Below are positions 21,001-24,242 of a stretch of DNA of 24,242 nucleotides, one piece after another. The DNA is from Oopsacas minuta (lineage: Eukaryota > Animalia > Porifera). A program made the translations under genes and the position numbers. The notes below the pieces were generated by a model. That model was given only the letters and a program-made list of their open reading frames with translations. It ran no database searches and was not told the DNA's origin. Location: positions 1-24,242 of the forward strand of contig JAKMXF010000142.1 of the NCBI GenBank assembly GCA_024704765.1. The letters are read 5' to 3'. Positions within the stretch are counted from its first letter, which is position 1; every line of letters begins with the position of its first letter.

Positions 21001-22033
21001 GGGCGGGGGGCGGCATTTTATTTTTATATTTTGCTTAGCGTAATTTTACTAATTTATTAAAATTATCTCGTTAATACGAATTTCTGATAAGACGAACAAT
21101 ATTCGTACATAATCAGGTCCCTACAACCGTACTTCAATGGATATTACTCCGGGTTTGTGAACTCCGGAATGGTGAATAAATTTTAACCGTACGATACGTT
21201 GGTGTTCGTATTAAGCTTACACTGGATATGGAAAAACTAATATTCACTTCCTCTCTATAATCTGAATTATTGTACAATTTAAATAATAATGACAAAAATT
21301 TAGTGCACACGGGTCCCGACTAAAAACGGTATGTCCCTCCCCATAAACCCGGACTGAGCCTGTCCAAACTCAGAACCTGCTTTTAAGTGTCCTGACGAAA
21401 TTATGATGCCATTCAGACCTTTTTGGATTTTCGAAAAATCACATGGTTAGCCACACTGCTCAGCGACCTAGCTAGCGAAGGGCGCTAGTGTTAAATAATT
21501 AGCTTGTTTCGAAGACGCTCATCTGCGAATATATGTATTAAATAAAGATATGTATTAAAATAAAAAAAATTACCGAGGAGGGAGATTAAATGGGGCGGGC
21601 GGGGATGATAAACAAGTATATTATTTTATATGGCCTAATTTATAATAGTAACTCACTTCTCAGGTTGAGCTGTTCGTAAATCACTCTTTAGTCCGATTAC
21701 TAGATACGGAGTGTGAGGGCAGTGATGAGTTATCTCAGGGATCCACTTTGCGGTTATATTTTCGAAACTATCTTTACTAGAGACATCATAACAGAGTAGA
21801 AAAATGTCAGTCTGTGGATAAGAGAGAGGTCTCAAGCGATCATAGTCTTCTTGTCCCGCTGTATCCCAAAGTCCAACATTATACGGTTTACCATTATACA
21901 TAATATTGGCAGAATAGTTATCGAACACCGTTGGTACGTAATCTCCAGGGAATGCATTTGTTGTGTATGAAATTAGGAGACAAGATTTCCCAACAGCTCC
22001 ATCACCAGCAACGAGAAGTTTCAAATTCTGCAT
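15052..22033 (-). CDS. RhoBTB: RhoBTB protein, RacA-type: Rac-like GTPase + Pro-rich linker + 2 BTB + CaaX; 5 exons (22033-21657, 20207-20043, 18550-18307, 17200-16823, 15681-15052), 597 aa
   Basis: All junctions are GT-AG and phase-compatible (2,2,0,0; 1794 nt). GTPase motifs [42 protein letters not shown] and ECSSL. Linker [21 protein letters not shown]1 ...VIEFLYTG. Junction [14 protein letters not shown]|[20 protein letters not shown]2 [19 protein letters not shown]...[10 protein letters not shown]. RhoBTB tail [16 protein letters not shown]...NNRWPPISY; ends GMKCLMM*. Confidence 0.92.
16616..16650 (+). repeat. 35-45 bp motif repeated at 18766-18810 and 18908-18952
   Basis: CATATGTAAATTTATTGTTG(T/C)TTTTATGAATATAA. 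The latter two copies are a local direct repeat 142 bp apart. Confidence 0.7.
17287..18166. mobile_element. hAT-like MITE in RhoBTB intron 3, containing a nested pogo-like MITE
   Basis: TIR CAGTGGCGGAT / ATCTGCCACAG (2 mismatches). Direct repeat TTTTAAT abuts both ends. Sub-terminal G/C runs. Confidence 0.7.
17551..17994. mobile_element. pogo/Tigger-like (Tc1/mariner superfamily) MITE, 444 bp
   Basis: TA|CAGTAGAACCTCTATAAGTGGG...CCCACCTATAGAGGTTTCACTG|TA, with TA target duplication. Confidence 0.85.
18968..19024 (+). repeat. Dispersed repeat with GC hairpin (copy 3)
   Basis: TACCTCGAGGCGCAATGCGCCGAGTTCATCGCGAGGGACGAGCCAAAGGCTCGT, with a perfect ACGAGCC/GGCTCGT stem. Confidence 0.65.
20949..21635. 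mobile_element. PIF/Harbinger-like MITE, 687 bp, in RhoBTB intron 1
   Basis: TAA|GGCCATGTAAAATATATTACTTGTTTCTCA...TGATAAACAAGTATATTATTTTATATGGCC|TAA. TIR family shared with 1471-1784. Confidence 0.8.
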
Positions 22034-22351
22034 ACGTAATGATTGTATTTGAAATAAAAAGCTTAATCGAAAATATAATAAAATCTTGATTTTATTACTT
22101 AATATATGCCAAATATTGAAGAACAAATATAGATTGAAACGAAAATAACTAAAGCTAAATATAGATATATATTTAGAGTTTTTAATAGAACTAAATAATT
22201 ATAAAAAAAGATTTCCTAATAATTCTATCCAATACTAATACGTAAGTTATCAGGAATCAATCCTAAATGTATAGAAAATACTCTAATTATAGTTTGACAC
22301 ATAAATTAATTCAGGGGAATTTGTAATATTAATTAATGCTATGATGTACGC

Positions 22352-22460
22352 CAGTGCTTCTAAACCTGAGGTCTGCGACCCATAGGGGGCCCGTGGCCCC
22401 CATAATTGCATAATTGACTAGAGTGGGTCCGCGGGTGAAAAAAGGCTGAGAAATACTCTG
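22352..22460. mobile_element. Short hAT (Charlie/MER5-like) MITE upstream of RhoBTB
   Basis: CAGTGCTTCTAAACCT...GGGTCCGCG...AAAAGGCTGAGAAATACTCTG. Flanks ATGTACGC/GCGTACTC (5/8, degraded TSD). Confidence 0.55.
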
Positions 22461-23497
22461 GCGTACTCAATAAGTTTCACGTTGTTGGTGTTGCGCAGTT
22501 AATGTCGCACTACATGCTTCATTCCCCGCCATCTATCCCACTTATGGGTAGAGGTGTAGCATGTAGCTAGGCCCGCACAAAGGGTGCTGTAAAGGAGTGG
22601 CACATAAGCTCCATGTTTGGGTTCCTGGGGGATCAGGACCCCCCAGTTTAGTGGTAAAGACCGTCTTTTTGCGAAATTTACATAGAGGTAGCACCAATTT
22701 CGCATGGTGGACCCCAGGTCTGATTTTATTTCCTAAAACTTACATATGCCACACCCAAGCTGCGCCTTTGCTTATGGGCCACCCGTGCGCCAGTAGTCTT
22801 TAATTATCGTAGATTTATAATAAATACTATCGTGCAAGAAATATCAAGAAAATTGAGGGACAGGGGAGGTTGATCAAAAACAATCTAGAAATTTGATTCG
22901 TCATAAGTCAGAAACCACGTGAGCGATTGTCCTGAAATTTTGACAGAAGTGAAGACATGATGGTACCCAGCTCTACAATAAATTTCGGATAAATTGGTAG
23001 ATGTTGATACCATTTTACTAATTTCAGCTTACAATGGTCTGAAAAAGTTCAGCTGATGCGCACCATCTTGGCTAGATCTCTGTCACTTATACACATTATA
23101 TTTTCCTTGTTTCCTTCTGATGGATTTCTACAATTAACTTTCAAACTGGAATTCAAGTTCAATTATATTCTATTATCCAGGAAGGATACCAAACCTGACC
23201 ACATTTTTATGACAACATTCGGGATATGAAATAACCCGATATAACAGTAACCAAGTTTTTTAATACAAGAATTAACCAATTGGTTTGGATTTGAACATTT
23301 TATAATAAAAGCGGGTTATTCTATTATGTGGTATGAAAATAATCTGGATCTACTGATATATGGATTTGTCTAAAAAATATAACCTAGTTAAAGTGTATGT
23401 CAATCGTATTATTCTAACCAATGGATTTAAAATTGAATAGAGTTTGTTAGAAAACGGCTTCTACTGAATGTCAATTAATAGATTGCTGAGGGGAAGT

Positions 23498-23536
23498 TTC
23501 GCTAGTCAGAATTTCGAAGTTGTCATTAGTCAGAAT
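23498..23536. repeat. Opposite arm of the small inverted-repeat element at 4065-4103
   Basis: TTCGCTAGTCAGAATTTCGAAGTTGTCATTAGTCAGAAT, 38/39 identical to rc(4065-4103). Confidence 0.75.
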
Positions 23537-23610
23537 CTACTTTTCCGACATGTCGCGTGGCAAATGAGGCCAGGCAAAAACCTTTTATTCGATTTATTAT
23601 AAACCCGTAC

Positions 23611-23724
23611 CATAGCATTCTATACACTAAGGCAATGGTGCTGATTAATGGACTTGGACCAGGGATTGGGTAAGTCAGTTCTAAGGAAATAATGGAGATA
23701 TATTAGTTGCGATAAAATTTAAAC
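23611..23724 (+). mobile_element. 114-bp terminal inverted repeat of the P/Galileo-like element (terminus at 23611), interrupted by mariner
   Basis: Begins CATAGCATTCTATACACTAAGG and is preceded directly by CCCGTAC (23604-23610). 112/114 identical to rc(3708-3821). Confidence 0.75.
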
Positions 23725-23728
23725 GGTA

Positions 23729-24242
23729 TCAGGGCGTTCAATAAGTCTTGCGGGTGATGATATATCTTAGGAATTAGTCAAGTAATATATCTAACTTTCA
23801 CATATTATAAGCCCGTATAGTTAAACTCCATATACTGAAAGTTTCAAGCTTACTCAATACAAATTATGAATCTTTGAAATAGTTACGTGTAGTCAATTTA
23901 TTCCCACTGTTGAATTTATGACTTCAAAGGATGATAATTTCAACCTCAAATGGCGAGCTTACATAGAGTTTCGCACAATACTCAAGATTCAGCCCGTACA
24001 GATCTTCAGCGAGTTACAGGATATTGTGCGTGGATTGCCCTTACAGATCTACTGTAGGGCGATGTGCTGCTCGTTTTAGATCTGGTGATGCTGATGTCAC
24101 AGATTTGCCTCGATCTGGAAGACCGGTATCCGCCACCACTTCCGAGAATATCGCACTCATTGAAAGTATGGTCATGGAAGATAAGTGCATTACTGTCAAT
24201 CAGTTAGAACAAAGTATGGAGATTTCATCGGGAGCTATTCAT
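23729..24242 (+). mobile_element. mariner transposon 5' end with frameshifted transposase (runs off the window)
   Basis: TA|TCAGGGCGTTCAATAAGTCTTGCG is a mariner-type TIR. ATG at 23918: MTSKDDNFNLKWRAYIEFRTILKIQPVQIFSELQDI, a frameshift near 24030, then CPYRSTVGRCAARFRSGDADVTDLPRSGRPVSATTSENIALIESMVMEDKCITVNQLEQSMEISSGAIH (paired-like HTH region). Confidence 0.9.

Noticed and set aside
20009-22126. Stand-alone Rac/Rho GTPase ending FLKLFTV*
   Set aside because: It has no CaaX. A phase-compatible donor at 20042 joins the Pro-rich/BTB exons into a complete RhoBTB. The N-terminal 31 aa of the ORF-track protein are upstream (intron/UTR) sequence before the true ATG at 22033.
22499-22803. ORFs and a possible hAT-like element upstream of RhoBTB
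   Set aside because: The GC-rich stretch has only a weak terminal inverted match and the translations have no motifs.
3708-23724. Giant 20-kb transposon carrying the three genes between its TIRs
   Set aside because: The termini and the 7-bp repeats lie on the inner side, so the TIRs face outward. The genes are flank, not cargo, and no outer TSD is seen.

Overview
This is AT-rich eukaryotic (animal) genomic DNA with GT-AG introns. The TGF-beta ligand implies Metazoa. Compact genes and divergent families would fit an early-branching animal such as a sponge, but that is an unverified guess. Three host genes were rebuilt by manual splicing: (1) a 3-exon BMP-like TGF-beta ligand (minus strand, 9093-4852, 344 aa); (2) an intronless tandem di-ubiquitin-like protein ending in CCCFL (plus strand, 12695-13195); (3) a 5-exon RacA-type RhoBTB (minus strand, 22033-15052, 597 aa) with a canonical Rac-like GTPase, Pro-rich linker, two BTB domains and C-terminal CLMM. 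The ORF track splits gene 3 into an apparent Rac plus BTB fragments. Most other sequence is DNA-transposon debris: a THAP/P-superfamily transposase remnant, hAT, Harbinger-like and pogo-like MITEs, a mariner, a Transib/RAG1-like catalytic remnant and a RING ORF that may be a Mutator tail. The most unusual structure brackets the whole three-gene block (3822-23610). It sits between two 114-bp inverted termini (112/114 identical), each abutting the same 7-mer CCCGTAC, and between the two arms of a small inverted-repeat element. These look like two halves of one Galileo/P-like insertion in swapped order.
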